Shown here piece by piece: positions 11,760 to 25,140 of a stretch of 64,000 nucleotides of DNA. Origin of the DNA: Felis catus (lineage: Eukaryota); assembly GCF_018350175.1 (NCBI RefSeq), contig NC_058368.1, positions 166,596,001-166,660,000 on the forward strand, written 5' to 3'. The stretch's first letter is position 1. Each line of letters opens with the position of its first letter. Both the position numbers and the translations under genes were made by a program. A model generated the notes under the pieces. The model ran no database searches, was not told where the DNA came from, and saw only the letters and a list, made by a program, of their open reading frames with translations.

Positions 11760-12330
11760 TTGCAGGAGAGAAAGAAAAATGAATTAAATGATAGAATATG
11801 TTGAGTCTCTTCAACTTTTGATATTGCTGTGTATTTTTTTTCACTATTTTTAACTAGAAACACAGAATTCACTGCAAGAATGGTAAAATGGAACATATAT
11901 GCATAGCATATGAAACTACAGATTCTCTACTTTACACATAATTAATTATTATGTGTTATCATTAGAGAGCAATTTCAAATTTGCAAGGATAAAAACAATT
12001 CCAGATTCTCTGTAAAAAGGGACATTAAAAAGACAAGGCAATGAGGTATAAATTACTCTTGCTAAAGAAGTTAAGGACAAAGAAAAAAAGATATTGGCAA
12101 GTGGCTACATAGTAGACTAAACAAAATAGAAATTGATCTTTTTATTAAGTTTTCAAAGTGAAATTGTCTGTATTTGCTTACTATTTTTAATTATTTCATT
12201 TCATTTATTTTCTAATTGTTTGGATGCTACTCCCTACTGAAGTTAGGAGGCACAGTGGAAAGTAATGGTAAATAACAAGTGCCCTAGTATCCAGACAGAA
12301 GTCTCCCTCTAAATAAATAAAGACACTCAC

Positions 12331-13192
12331 AGAGGAGAACATATCTCATCAGAGTTCTTCCAAAAGTCACTGTTGTTGGCCTTCATTTTTTTATTCTTGT
12401 CTTTTTATGCCTTTTTTTTTAAATTTAAGAATTAAAACTAAGCCCACAATACTAGAAGTTGAAGGGAGGGATGCAGCCATTATCCCTTTGTTTCACTCGT
12501 TATATATGTTTCCATGTTTCTGTCACACTGGAAGCTGAAAGAGAAATGAACGTTTTGAATTTTTAATGGTATATTTGTTTATGTTCAGTTTACTATTAAG
12601 CCCTTTTTCCATATTTTCCTAAATGCTGCCATGGCTATCAGGAACAATCTTTTCATGTCCATATTTTTCATTAAAGGAAAAAAGCCCGCTGATGAATTTC
12701 CCAATATTATCTATTTCCCACTGCACACCTTGGGGAAATTACAAGCTTCATTTTCAACACATGAGAAATAGGTGAGAGCTCATTTTTAAAGCAAAATTAA
12801 ATATTGCCCTCTAGTATTCTGTCATACTCTTTTTTTTTCTGATTCATGTTTATACACATTCATACTCAGAGGGGCACTACATCTAAAAATAAACAAATAA
12901 GCCCGCTGTGTGTGCCTGTAAACACAGAGACTGATGGTTGTATGCATGGTATGAACTCAGGAATTATGGCTTAGCTCCTGCAGAGGCATAAGAAAATTAC
13001 ATAAACTTTTGAGGCTGGAGTTTATCATCCATTTAAAAAAGCAACAATTCCATGTCTAGTGTATAGCTCAGTGAGATAAGGGTCATGCAGCCTGAATGAA
13101 ACATACTTTTCTACCCAGTCTTCCAACTTTCTCTGTGGAAAGTCACAGGGACTGACAAATTTTCCCCTCAGTTTTTTTCCAAGATGAAAACT
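12331..13192 (-). pseudogene. Large exon remnant (phase 0 start)
   Basis: Acceptor tttcttttttgccttatcaag|AGT and donor CT|gtgagt. Reads SFHLGKKLRGKFVSPCDFPQRKLEDWVEKYVSFRLHDPYLTELYTRHGIVAF/KWMINSSLKSLC...YFSCVENEACNFPKVCSG/...NKGIMAASLPSTSSIVGLVL.../ANNSDFWKNSDEICSP. Could be more than one exon. Confidence 0.65.
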
Positions 13193-13499
13193 CTTGATAA
13201 GGCAAAAAAGAAAATCACACAGAATTAACAACCAGGTAAGCAATTAGCCTTTTTGCTCAAAGATATTTTGCCTGGTAATATTTAGATATTAGTGCTCAGC
13301 ATCAGTATTTTCTGTAAAAATATTTATTCAGGACCTAACATGGACAATGAGTCATTCTGAAAGATACAGAGTAAAAGTTCATAATTCTCTCATACAGTTT
13401 TCATGCTATATTTACTTAAAACATTAAAATTAATAAAAAATTATACATATGGGAGGGTACAGTACTTGTATTTACTCTAAGTTGAAGATTACTGTTGCT

Positions 13500-13870
13500 T
13501 AATGTAATACGCATGAGAAACTCTGATTGAAAATTTCCTACTGTGTTCTCAGCTCCCAAAACTGTTCCTTCCAAACCTTGTGGTAGATCTCCCGTAACAT
13601 TAACATATAACCTTCATTGTGCCACTTTTGTTGGATCAAAATTGCCTAGCTATCAGCTGGTAAACTATAAGAACAATCTCTCCCTGTTCCAAGAAATGTT
13701 TGACTAACCATTCCCCAAACCTACTTCAACTTACTCCTCTGCAAAGCACTACAAAAACTCTGCCCTTTTTCTTAAAGATAAAACACTCTTTCAAAACCGA
13801 ATTTGTCGTAGCATTTTTGAATAAAGGCTTTCCTTAATGGTGCTCAGGTTAGTTTTCCTCTGCCTTTTTT
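13500..13870 (+). mobile_element. Probable old solo LTR (ERV-type)
   Basis: LTR-like layout: TATA-like ctacaaaaa at ~13750 and AATAAA at ~13820. Family not determined. Confidence 0.4.
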
Positions 13871-14369
13871 GATGCTGCCACTCAGGTCATACTTAGCCCA
13901 TGTCACTTCCTAGAGAGAGCACAATGGGACCTCTTAATGTCTGTCTTTTCAGAATCCCAGAGCATGGAAAGTTAAGCAGTTTGTGTTTAGGATGAACATG
14001 CCTATTCTTTACTTCAAGTGATGCTTACACCTTTACTCTCCATCTTTTTTGACCTTGGCATAGCATCTTGATTGGAATCTGTTTGACTACCCAAGGTACT
14101 CAAGAATAAGGTAGTGTATAGTGCCAAGGCTCTTGTCTACTCTGTGTCTATTGTTTATTATCATTTGTGTATGGGTTTCTCATTCAATGAAACTGATTTG
14201 TTGTCCGCCTGATAGGTATAAGTGTATAATGTGAATATAACTAAACATTAGAAACTCTGGCAAGATTTAACCAATTAGTGACTTCATTGTTTTTTTTTAT
14301 AACTTTCAATATACTAATAATTCCCCAAGGGCTTTCCTATTAAAAATGATTAGTTAAGAATCCAGTCCT

Positions 14370-15270
14370 AGTTCTCAGATATTGGTGCCTAAACAAGTCT
14401 CTGATTTAAAACAAAAATGAAAAACAGAGCTCCCTGGAGAAATGGATGATTTTAATACTTGGACAGAACATATACAAAATGAGTCTGGGTCTTCTCGTAT
14501 TGCCAGAGAATGAATAGAAGATAACTAAAAAGACACACATATATATACTTTGATGGGGGATATGATGAAGAGGGATAAATGAAGATTGAATAAATAAATA
14601 AATTTGGGTGGAGAGAAGAGTCTCTTATAGAGAAGACTTCCAAATCATTTATTTGTTCTTTATAAGGGGGAATATAACTCCCCATTCCTTAAGTGTGGGC
14701 TGCACAAAGTGACTTCCTCCCAAAACCTGCAGTTTGGAAAGGGGGAAAGAAAGTAACTTTATAGTGGAGAAACATGACAAAAAATGATCTCATGTAGTTA
14801 AGGTCAACATCATCAGTGATTAAACATGTTGATAATCCGTGTCCTTAAAAGATGTGATGAAAATCACACTTTTCTTGTGTGAAAAACCAAAACCCATAAC
14901 CCCAATTTAATCATGAGAAAAAAATCAGGAGAATTCCAATAGAGAGGCATTCTACAAAATAATTGACCAATAAACTTCAAAACTGCCAAGTTAATAAAAA
15001 ACAAGGAAAGTCCGAAAAATTATCTTAACAGAGAGGAGGCTAAAGAACCATGGGGGACTCTGAATAAGATTCCAGAGCAGAATACATTAGGTAAAAATTA
15101 AAATCTTAATAAAATGTGAATTTTAGTTAATCATAATATATCAATATTGGTTTATTTATAATATACCATAGTAATATCAGACATGGAAAGTGGATGCAAT
15201 AATATGGGAACTGTATTATTTATTCTTAATATTTTTATAAATATAAAACTTCTAAAATATAAAGCATATT
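14370..15270 (+). mobile_element. Old L1 (L1MC/L1MB-type) 3' UTR
   Basis: Typical motifs ataactccccattccttaagtgtgggctgcac...gtgacttcc, aaggtcaacatcatcagtga and taatcatgagaaaa, ending in an A-rich tail. Confidence 0.75.
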
Positions 15271-16252
15271 TAAAAAGCTCAGTCTTATAAATAGAAAAAA
15301 ATTTCATCTTAGACTTTCAAGGTCATTATCATTGCCACCTTAAAAGGAAATTCTAGTCTCTCTCAGGGAGAAGATGTTACAATTGTTCTTACTGTTCCAT
15401 GGAACAATTGTTCCATACCCATTTGGAATTATAAGAGCTTGCTAAACACTTTATAAACTTCGCTCAGAAAAAGAAAAATTGCAGACCAAACTAATAGCCT
15501 CCAAGTTAAGCAACTGGAAAAACCCATGAACAATGAATCTTTATACTAGTCTAAACAAAGACACTTGTCAATATTTTATAGAAAAGAAACACTAGAAGGA
15601 AAATGTTGTCTTAGCACAAATAAATAAATTCAAAAGGACAAATGTCAATCTTTGTGTGAAAGAATGGTATTTATCATTATTGTCCTTAGTATAAGCAGGA
15701 AATGTCCACATAATTACCAAAAATAAAGTTCTCTTTTTATTTGATTGTGTCATCAAACCCATTACCATTCCATCCTTCTTTTCTTAGGGTAACAATCTGA
15801 TTTCAAGTGTTGGAATTTCAAATACCCCTCAAATTGTGCTTTTGCCTCAACCACTTCCTGTTTTCTAAGGCACCTTCTGGATTCTCTCACTAAACTTTAC
15901 CTCTTATTGATTCCACTCCAAGAATCTGTTCAAGACCTATTTTGTAAATTTGATACTACTATTAAAGTGTGGATAGTTCAGCTTCTTTCTGGAACTCTCA
16001 GGAGAATAATACCTGGCCTATAACTTAATGATTGTGCACATTGATAACCCACCACCTGATTTATCTCCAACAGTGTTAGCCCCTGAATCTGTCCCTAAAT
16101 CCTCAGGCCAAAGATAATTCAGAAGTGGGATCTACATAAGAGAATTAAATTATAAAAATCTCAGTCTAGCTATACCCTTAATAAAATTGACCAAATTTCC
16201 AGTACAAAAGGATGGTATTAAAAGATTATGTTTCATCATATCTGCAGACCTC

Positions 16253-16481
16253 CAGCAAGGATTTATCACATGTCTTGCGGGCCCAAATCAGTCTGTTAGC
16301 TATTTTTGTAAAAACTTATTGGAACACAACTATGAGCATTCATTTATGTATTTTGTATGGTTGTTTTTGCACTATGACAGATTTGAGTAGTTCTGACAGA
16401 GAACAGGTGGCCAGCTGAGCCAAAATATTTACTGCCTGACCATTTAGAGCAAAAAAAAAAAAGAAAGTTTATTGAACCTTG
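16253..16481. mobile_element. MER58A-like hAT-Charlie DNA transposon
   Basis: gggcccaaatc...ttattggaacaca...cattcattta...ttgagtagtt...ccaaaatatttact pattern. Confidence 0.75.
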
Positions 16482-16899
16482 ATCTAAGTTATGATGTCAT
16501 ATAAAATAGAAAGCTATTTTCCCCTTTAAGTTCAAATGCTAGTTACAACTTTTATTAGCTGATTACTAAAAAACAACTTAGAGGATATCTTAGTTACATT
16601 GGATACCTTATATAATTGATTCAAACTTTCCACACTGGCTATCCTTTTAAATATCTCAGAAAATCTGATACTCCAGAGGCCTTGCTTTGAACAAACTCAA
16701 TACAAACTGACTTCTTTAAGTGAAAGGACTTACTCAAACCCTGCCTACCCTTGGCCTCACTAATTACCATAAATCCTATTTTCTGTTTGTACATAAAAAG
16801 TATGGACAAGCTTTGAGGGTTCCAACTGAACAAATGACACACTATTTTAAGTGATTGTGGCCACAACTGTTGAAAGATTTAAAGCCACCAATTCAAGGT

Positions 16900-19800
16900 A
16901 TACTTTAATCTCTCAGTGGGATAAATACAAAGGATAATGGTAGTTTATAGGTTTTAAAGTGTATGTAGAAATGAAAGGCACAAAATAATAGCGCAAAAAT
17001 AAAAAAAAATATATGAGCGCAGTCAAGTCATTCTAAATGTTTTGAGTGAAGGAACATTGAAAGTATTGATTGATGTTAGACATTAATTAGCCACTCATGA
17101 AATTTTAATTTCTATAATAACCATTATAAGAATAGGAAGATAATGAATACTTAAGAAATTTTAAAAGGTAAAATAAATGTTGAAACTATTCAAATAACCC
17201 AAAGAAAGAACACAATGAGAAAAAGGAATGTGGAGCTCTTGGGATAAAACATAAAATAATAAAATGTCACACCAAAGCATATTAATCACACTAAATATAA
17301 ATAGACTAAACATTGCAATTAAAATATTTCAGACTGAAACAAAAACAAAGCTTTAAATGGTAATTTATATGTTCTTTAAAAGGGACACAGAGCATATAAA
17401 CAGAAAAGTTGAAAATAAAACTAGAAAATGACATACTATGCAAACACTGATCAAAACCAAACAAAAATTGACAGAAGGGAAATAGTCACATATACAATCA
17501 TAATTCTTTATTTCACTAATTTCTATAACTGATAGAAGTAAAAAAGAAAAGCTAAGATAAAAAGATGAACTAACTGATATAATAGAACACTGAAGCTAAC
17601 AATTGCATGTTTTTGATGTACATAGGATATTTATAGTAATTAGAGGGAACTGTTATCCACAAACACATATATATTAAAAGAATAATGTCAACTAATAAAT
17701 GATAAATATATTTAAAAAATATAAATAAAAAAGGAAAAGGATGAATATGAGAAAAGAAAGAAGGAGAAATTAATGAAGTAATAAATGTAAAGAGGCAAAA
17801 AACAAAAATTGCCTCTCTGAAAAAATTAAACCAATTAACTGCTGACAAAGCAGATAAATTTATTAAAAGGTAGAAACACATGATAATAAGTATCAAAATC
17901 TAAAAGGGTTTATTACCATATATTTTATACTCATAATAAGAAGACATTATAAACATTCTGTTCCAATAGATTTGTAACTAGATGACATATGCTATTTACT
18001 CATTCTTCCACATATGATTTTATTGACTCCAATAATGGCCTGAACATTGCCTTTGGAACAGTTCTCCTGCAACCAACACATATAAACTTTGAGTAAAATG
18101 TAAAGTCAGCTATGTGAATACACTGGAGAGCAACTAACAATAGACAGAATCTGTAAGAGTCTCTATGCCTGGACAAACTTTAAGCATAAGATGAATATAG
18201 TGGCTTAATGATATCAGATATAGTAGACTACAAGACAAAATCATTCAAATCAGTTTTATTTAAAATAAAGTGGAAAGAAATTAGTTTATTCTTTTTTTAA
18301 CCAACAGGACAATATATAACAAACTGAGGCATATTCATACAATAGGAAACTACTTGGTGATAAAAAGTGATGGATTATTGTTGCATGTAAAGCCATAGAT
18401 GAATATTAAGCATGTCGGAAAAAAGGCATCACACAAATGATCACAACCTGCATAACTCCATTTATGAGTCATTTTAGAAGGGACAAAACAAATATAGGGA
18501 AAAAATCAAGAATCTCATTTCCTCTGGGGTGTAGACTAGCATGAAAGAACTTTCAGGATGATCATAATATTATATATCTTTAGAGGGGGTTGTTACAGAT
18601 GTATACCAAAATTATTGCATGTATACTAAAGACCTGTGCTTTTAAGTCTATGTGACTTTTACTTAAAAATTATAAACAGATATCAAAATAGTTAACATTG
18701 TTAGTGTTGAAATTTTTAGGGCTGCAGCATGTGCAACTTTGAGATGAATAAAAAAATAAGATAGTTTGAAGGATGCATGCAGGATGAGTACTTGGAATAC
18801 GTGAGGAAGCAAATGGCAAAATATTAGTCTAAGTAGTGGCTATGTAGGTACTCACCGTACAAGACTTTTAACTTTTCTTTATGCTTGAAAAGTTTTACTG
18901 AAAAAATTAGGGGGAATGATATTCACAAAAGTGGAAAATAAAAATATCTCCATTATATCACTTGAAGTAACCATAAATAAAAATCTCACCATGTAAAAAC
19001 TTCAAATCTAGATGGCTTCCTGTTGAATTCTCCTAAAAATATAAAAAATAATATCCCCAAACTTAAACATTATCATGAAATATAAAAAGACAAATATTCC
19101 CAGAATATTCTTAATATCCAAAGCTAATGACACTGAGATAATTACGAAGGATATTACATTGAAAGAAAGTGGTACTAATCCTACTGAAAAAGCTAATTAA
19201 GTCCAGCAATCTGTTGAAGAAAAATTGAGTACAAATAAGTGTTTTATTGAAGAAATGCAATAATGATTATACATTAAAAATCAATATAAATGACCCCATT
19301 ACAGAATAAAGAGAAAAAAAAGGGTGAGATCATTTCAATAGGTGCTAAAAAGGTTTTGAAGATTCTCAACATCCATTCATGTTAAAACTACATAGCAGGA
19401 AACTTGAATACATACTTCCCCAAAGTGAATATCCAAATTTTAGTAAATATGTTAAAAGATGCTCAATCTTATTAGTCATCAGGCAAGCGAAAATTAAATT
19501 ATTAACATGACATTCTTCAGGTTTCAGTAGAAAATCACTTATACCCAAAATCAGGAAGAACTTAGACTGAATGAAAAAGACATCAATAGATGCCAACACT
19601 GAGATGAAAGAGATGTTAAAATTATCTGACAAAGACTTTAAAAGTATCCTTCATAAAAAGACTTCAACCAGCCATTACAGAGACCCTTTAAACAAAAGAT
19701 TTTTTTTAATCTCAGCAAAGAAATATAACATATAAAGAAAAACCAAATGGAAATTTTAGAATTTAAAGTACAATAACCAAAATAAGAAAGTGAGACAGCA

Positions 19801-22070
19801 GAATGGAGGGCACACAGGAAAGAATCAGTGAAGTTGAAAATAGAATAGAGAAGGGAAGTAATGTTTTTATATTTTACTTAAATGGGCACAATGTTAACAT
19901 TAATAGAATGTGACATTATGTATAATGAAATGCTTAGAGTAAATGACTAATAAGATTATTCAAAGAGATGTACTCAAAAATACTTACAGATAAATAAAAA
20001 TTGAATCTAAAAAATACATTGAAGTAACCCACAGAAGGCAAGGAAAAGAATACAGAGAAATGACAGAGCAAATATAAATACAATCTTTTGTTTTTCTCTT
20101 AAACTTAAGCCTTGCCATGGTGATAATTCTGTTAAATGTGACTGACCTAAGTATACCAATTTGAAAGAGCGAAATCAAATAAAAAACATGAACTCAAGTA
20201 TATGCTGTCTGTTGAAGCTTATTTTATTTCAATTTCCAGTATAGTTAACATACAGTATTACATTAGTTTTCCAGGTGTACAGTATAACAATTCAGCAATT
20301 CCATAATCAGCCAGTGCTCATTACAACACCTTAATTCCCTTCACCTATTTCACCCATCCCCCTACCCACCTCTCCTCTGCAACCATCAATTGCTTCTTTA
20401 AAGAGTGTTTCTTGGTTTGTCTCCCTCTCTTTTTTTCCTTTCCTCGTTTGTTTTGTTTCTTAAATTCCACGTATAAGTGAAATCGTATGGCATTTTTCTT
20501 TCTGATTGACTTATTTCACTTAGCATTTAACTCTCTAGGTCCATCCAGATCATTGCAAATGGCAAGATTTCACTCTTTTTTATGGATGAATAATATTCCA
20601 TTTGGAGAAATGTCTGTTTATGTCTTCTGCCAATGTTTTAATCAGATGATTTGGTTTTTGAGTGCTGAGTTGTAGCAGTTATTCATATATTTGGATATTA
20701 ACCCTTTATTGGATATGTCATTTGCAAATACCTTCTTTCATTCAGTAAGTAGGTTGCCTTTTAGTTTTGTAGAGTGTTTCCTTTGCTGTACAGAATATTT
20801 TTATTTTGATGTAGGTCCAATAGTTATTTTTTGCTTTTATTTACTTTGCCTTCATAGACATATCTAGGAAAAATGTTGCTACAGCCAATGTCAGAGACAT
20901 TACTACCTGGGCGTTCTTCTAGGATTTTTATGTTGAAGCTCATTTTAGATATATAGGCTGGTTGAAAGTATAAGAGTATAAAATGTTACATTATGTAAAA
21001 ATAAAAAGTAATCAGGCATGGCTATATTAACATCAGATATTACTGACTTCTAAGCATAGAAAATTACCAGTCACAGAACATGATATAATGATAAAAGTAT
21101 GAATACACCAAGAAGACATGGTAATACAATTTGTGTATGAACCAAAGCACTGATGTGTGAAATAAAAACTAATAGAACTTAAAAATCTCCAGTTATAACT
21201 GTGATTTTGTCTATTCTCCTTTAAGACCCTTTGCAAATAACTGACAGAACAACTAAACAGAAAATCCACAAGAATATAGAACTTAAAACACCCATCGACT
21301 GACAGAATCTAATCAACACTTTTAGAATACACCATTCAATAACAGGAGAATACATTTTATTTTTAAGTATTCAAGGAACATATACCAAGACAGACCATAT
21401 CCTAGGCCAGAGAACATATATGAGAAAATCTAAAACAAAGAACACAGTGTGTTCTTTAAAGAATCAAACTAGAAAGCAATGACAAAAATAATTCAAAAAT
21501 CACCAAATACTTGATAACTAAAGAACAAACTATTAAATCACCCTTTGGGTAGTTTTCAGGTTAAGGAAGTCTCATTGGAAATTTATAAATACAGTTAAAT
21601 AAATGAAAATAAAATACATTATATCAAAATTTGTGGGACACAACTAAGGTAGTGCTAAGAGAATGCATATATTAGAAAAAATGGAAATTCTCAAGTGAAT
21701 AATCTGAGCTCCCACCTCAAGACACAAAAAACGAAGAGCAAAATAATCCAGTGAAAGCCTAAAGAAAGACTTAGTCATAAGAGCAGAAATCAGTGAATTT
21801 GAAAACAGAAAAACAATAGAAGAAATCAGTGAAACAAAGAGCTATTTCTTTGAAAATATCAATAAAATTGGCAAACCTCCATCAAGACTGACAAAAAAAG
21901 AAAAACAAAAATTACTATATCAGGAATGAACCAGGAGATATTACTGAAGACCCTGAAGATGTAACAAAGTTAAAAATGATTTCCAATCATAAAAATAAGG
22001 AATACTACAAACAATATTACACTAATAGATTGGACAACTTAGATGAAATAGATCTGTTTCTGAAAACAAA
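16900..22070 (+). mobile_element. Cluster of highly diverged L1M fragments (ORF1/ORF2/3' UTR), interrupted by a younger L1
   Basis: A-rich strand with L1 ORF2 hallmarks (tcaaaatttgtgggacaca, gacaacttagatgaaataga, ccatattcctaggcc-like) and an ORF1-like segment at ~19530-19850. Boundaries approximate. Confidence 0.7.
20227..20930 (-). mobile_element. Carnivore L1 3' fragment with internal deletion, nested in an older L1
   Basis: TSD tgttgaagct(t/c)atttta at 20210-20226 and 20931-20947. Deletion junction near 20600. Confidence 0.88.
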
Positions 22071-22135
22071 AGCCTTGTAATTAAAAAAAAAACTTTTATT
22101 ATATACTAAAGAGTTTATTGCCAGTCAGATGTTAC

Positions 22136-22284
22136 CTGGATTCATATGCTGAGGGCATTCATTTTATTTTGAAGCAAATAACATTAAAATTGAAAACAGA
22201 GATATATATGCCCTCGAAAGTTATGAGGACATGCTTTTTCAAGATCCAGAAGTGCATTAAATGCCTTCACATTATTTCAGTCTC
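22136..22284 (-). pseudogene. Exon remnant, 149 bp, phase 1 to 0
   Basis: acattttag|GA...CAG|gtaaca. Reads (G)D*NNVKAFNALLDLEKACPHNFRGHIYLCFQF*CYLLQNKMNALSI*IQ. Confidence 0.7.
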
Positions 22285-22726
22285 CTAAAATGTATTTCTA
22301 GTATAAATTAATAGGCATAATATTCACATATAGTTTATGTTAATTCTAAAAAATTGTAGGCAAATGTATTTTAGAATACCTGGTAATTGAGTATTTATGC
22401 CCAATGACTGGCCCTGAACAGTCTGTAGAAGTTATCAGAGCTTTATTTTAGGAAATTTACTAATAATATTTTTTAACATGAAACACTGCACTGAAGAAGT
22501 ATGCCGTTCAAAATTTACTTGTGTGGGTAAAAGAGCTGTAGCAGTGAAAGACATCATATATTACCAAATAGTTTACTGATATTATACATAATAAAATGCT
22601 AAATGGATTTTTATGTTTTTGAAATTCTAGGCAGATTTTTTTTCTTAATATACTATGTTCTTGTAAGTTCTTCTTATAAGATAGTTTAAATGAACTGGAA
22701 TTGACCCTATGTCAGTAAGAACTTAC

Positions 22727-23300
22727 CTCCAGCAATATTTACCATAAACCCAATTACTGAGATTATTAGTTTTTAGTTTTTTTACAAGGTCACCGTAAAA
22801 AGTTGCCATTCTTGTAATACTCTTTGTGAACATACTTCAACACCACAAGCTTTTCTTCATTGAAACAGGTGATACTAAAATTTTTTCAATAAAAGAGAGA
22901 TTAACATTTCCAAATTTCAATGTTTATGGAAGTTATAAACCAATGTGAATATCTAAATAAAGAAATTTAAGGACATAAATAATACAAGTAATAATTGAAT
23001 AATAAGGCTTGGGAAGGATAAAATATGTCTCTGGTGGGAACCACTCAATATTTTCATCAAGACACTTTCCTTGGAATAAAAGTATATAAATTATTTCCTC
23101 TTTGTACTCCATTTTTCCTGGAAAATAGTAGTAGTCCAATTTGTTGATATGTTTCAAATCCACCCTTTTACTCAGAAAAAAAACTAAAAATATTCTGATT
23201 TAAAGGCCCTCCCTAACCTCATACAATAGACGTAGAAATAATTCTAAAAAAGGTAACTGAGATGATTTGAACCAAACCAAGAGAAACAGATGCTGGCCAG
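22727..23300 (-). pseudogene. Exon remnant, 574 bp, phase 1 to 1
   Basis: Strong acceptor ttttcttgcattttag|CT and donor GAG|gtaagt. Reads GQHLFLLVWFKSSQLPFLELFLRLLYEVREGL*IRIFLVFFLSKRVDLKHINKLDYYYFPGKMEYKEEIIYILLFQGKCLDENIEWFPPETYFILPKP.../ITCFNEEKLVVLKYVHKEYYKNGNFLR*/LIISVIGFMVNIAG. Confidence 0.72.
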
Positions 23301-24061
23301 CTAAAATGCAAGAAAACATTTAATAATGTTGTCTCAAAGGACCAAGTAAACTTTGTGAACATCTAGTCAATTAAGATAGTCCTATGCCACTATGTAAAAT
23401 ACTCATTTTAGTAATGATCTGTAACAATAGATGGATATTTTAACTTGTTTCACCATGAATGAAACACTTAAACATGTCTACATCCTATGCCTGTAGTCAT
23501 GTATTCCTTGGAATTTCTGGTGCCTTGGAATGGCCTGATGGGAGTAAATGTGGACAAAGAAAAAGAAGGCAAGATTTTTGTAAAATGTTGTGTTTCCTAA
23601 CAAAGGAAGAATAATACTGAAAACACACACTTTCTTAGGAGAAAGCTCAGTAAAGCACTTTTTCCTTATTTACTATTTCCATTTTAAGAATGAGAATGGA
23701 GTGCTAATTGACTAAAAGTACTACTTACCTTACTCTTTTAAAGAATATCAAATTACCTGTATAAGTCAGTACATTTGATACTCAGTTAAGAAATAATGCA
23801 AAAATGGTTCTTCAAAGTCAAATTCTTAGCCTGCAACCCCAGGATACCCTCAAGTTTCAAGATCAAGGAAGAGATCCAAATATTTTGTGGTTTTACATTT
23901 TGCATCTTAGCTTTCTTTCAGATGCAATCATGGTTGAGACATCTCACCTTTTCCAGAAAAATACCTTGGCTGTGATATTGGACTTGCCAGTTGGAGAATA
24001 ATATCTAGGGTGTCATACGGTTATTAAACTTTTAAATCTGTGCCTTTATACAGTGATCAAC

Positions 24062-24289
24062 AAAAATTACTTTCTATTTTTATTTATTTTTTATTTTTTA
24101 TGTGTTTTTTTTGAAAGAGAGAGTGTGAGCAGGGGAGTGGCAGAGAGAGAGGGAGATACAGAATCTGAAGCAGGCACAGGCTTGGAGCTATCAGGACAGA
24201 GTCTGATGCAGGCCTTGAACCCACAAACTGTGAGATCATGACCTGAGCCAAAGTCGAATGCTCACCTGACTGAGCCACCCAGGCACCCC
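24062..24289 (-). mobile_element. Can-SINE
   Basis: T-tail, GA-rich body and head ...tgagccacccaggcacccc. Confidence 0.92.
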
Positions 24290-25024
24290 TGTTTTTATTT
24301 TTAATCCTTACCTTGCCATATTAAGGGATGTGCTTGTCCACAGTCTTGTCTGATGGCATCAAGGAATCAATTGCTTACTAGTTAAAAATGGTGTCATTTT
24401 CAGCATGGAATTAATGGAAAGGTTGATTAAAACATGAGGTTTCACAACTGAGTCTATAGTTTGATTTTATCTATACTGATTTTATGTAAAATTGTCTTAA
24501 AACTTTGAGATATCAAGAATAAGGCAAGGCAAGCCCTGTAGGCAAGGCAACTCTTGTAGGGACTAATGATACCATGGGAAATGTACAACTAGTCTTTTCT
24601 TATGAATCAGTAAAAGCTACCCCTCAACAAGACTCCTTGTTCTGAAGAATATCCTGCTTGAACAAAATGATTGAGATTCAAATACCCTCCACGTTACTGG
24701 ACCCTCTCCGATGGATTAGGACAATTCCAGTGAGGTTTACTACTACACAGTTTCACAAGCCCTCCTCCTACCTATATCTTTCACTTCTCAGAAGCTCATC
24801 CTAAAAGACAATCAGAATTGATGATACAGACTCAAAATAAGGAATTAAATATTTGCAGGCAATGGGATGTGTGATTCTGGCTCATGTTTGACTGAAGCTA
24901 TATATCCTTCATGGCTATCCATCCTGAAACAGTAGGCATGATGAGATAGAACAGCTGAGTGTGTCAACATAGACTAAGGAGCTATAATAAACATGAGAAG
25001 CCCATGGCCCTGGTGGTGTAATGC

Positions 25025-25140
25025 CATGTTATTCAAAGTGGGGCCCATGGACTAGAAATTTGGACTTAGTCACTAAATCAAATTCTGCATTTTAAAATTC
25101 TCTCCTGCTGAATTGTATACATAGTAAAAGTTTGAGAAGT
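25025..25140. mobile_element. MER5A-like hAT remnant
   Basis: ttcaaagtggggcccatggac...ctgcattttaa...aaagtttgagaag. Confidence 0.6.

Noticed and set aside
22790..23130. Similarity to tubulin-tyrosine-ligase-like (TTLL) motifs (FPG..., FPPETYFILP, VVLKYV)
   Set aside because: The diagnostic WIxKP, KFDLR and LEVN motifs are missing, and a signal peptide with glycosylation sequons argues against a cytosolic enzyme.
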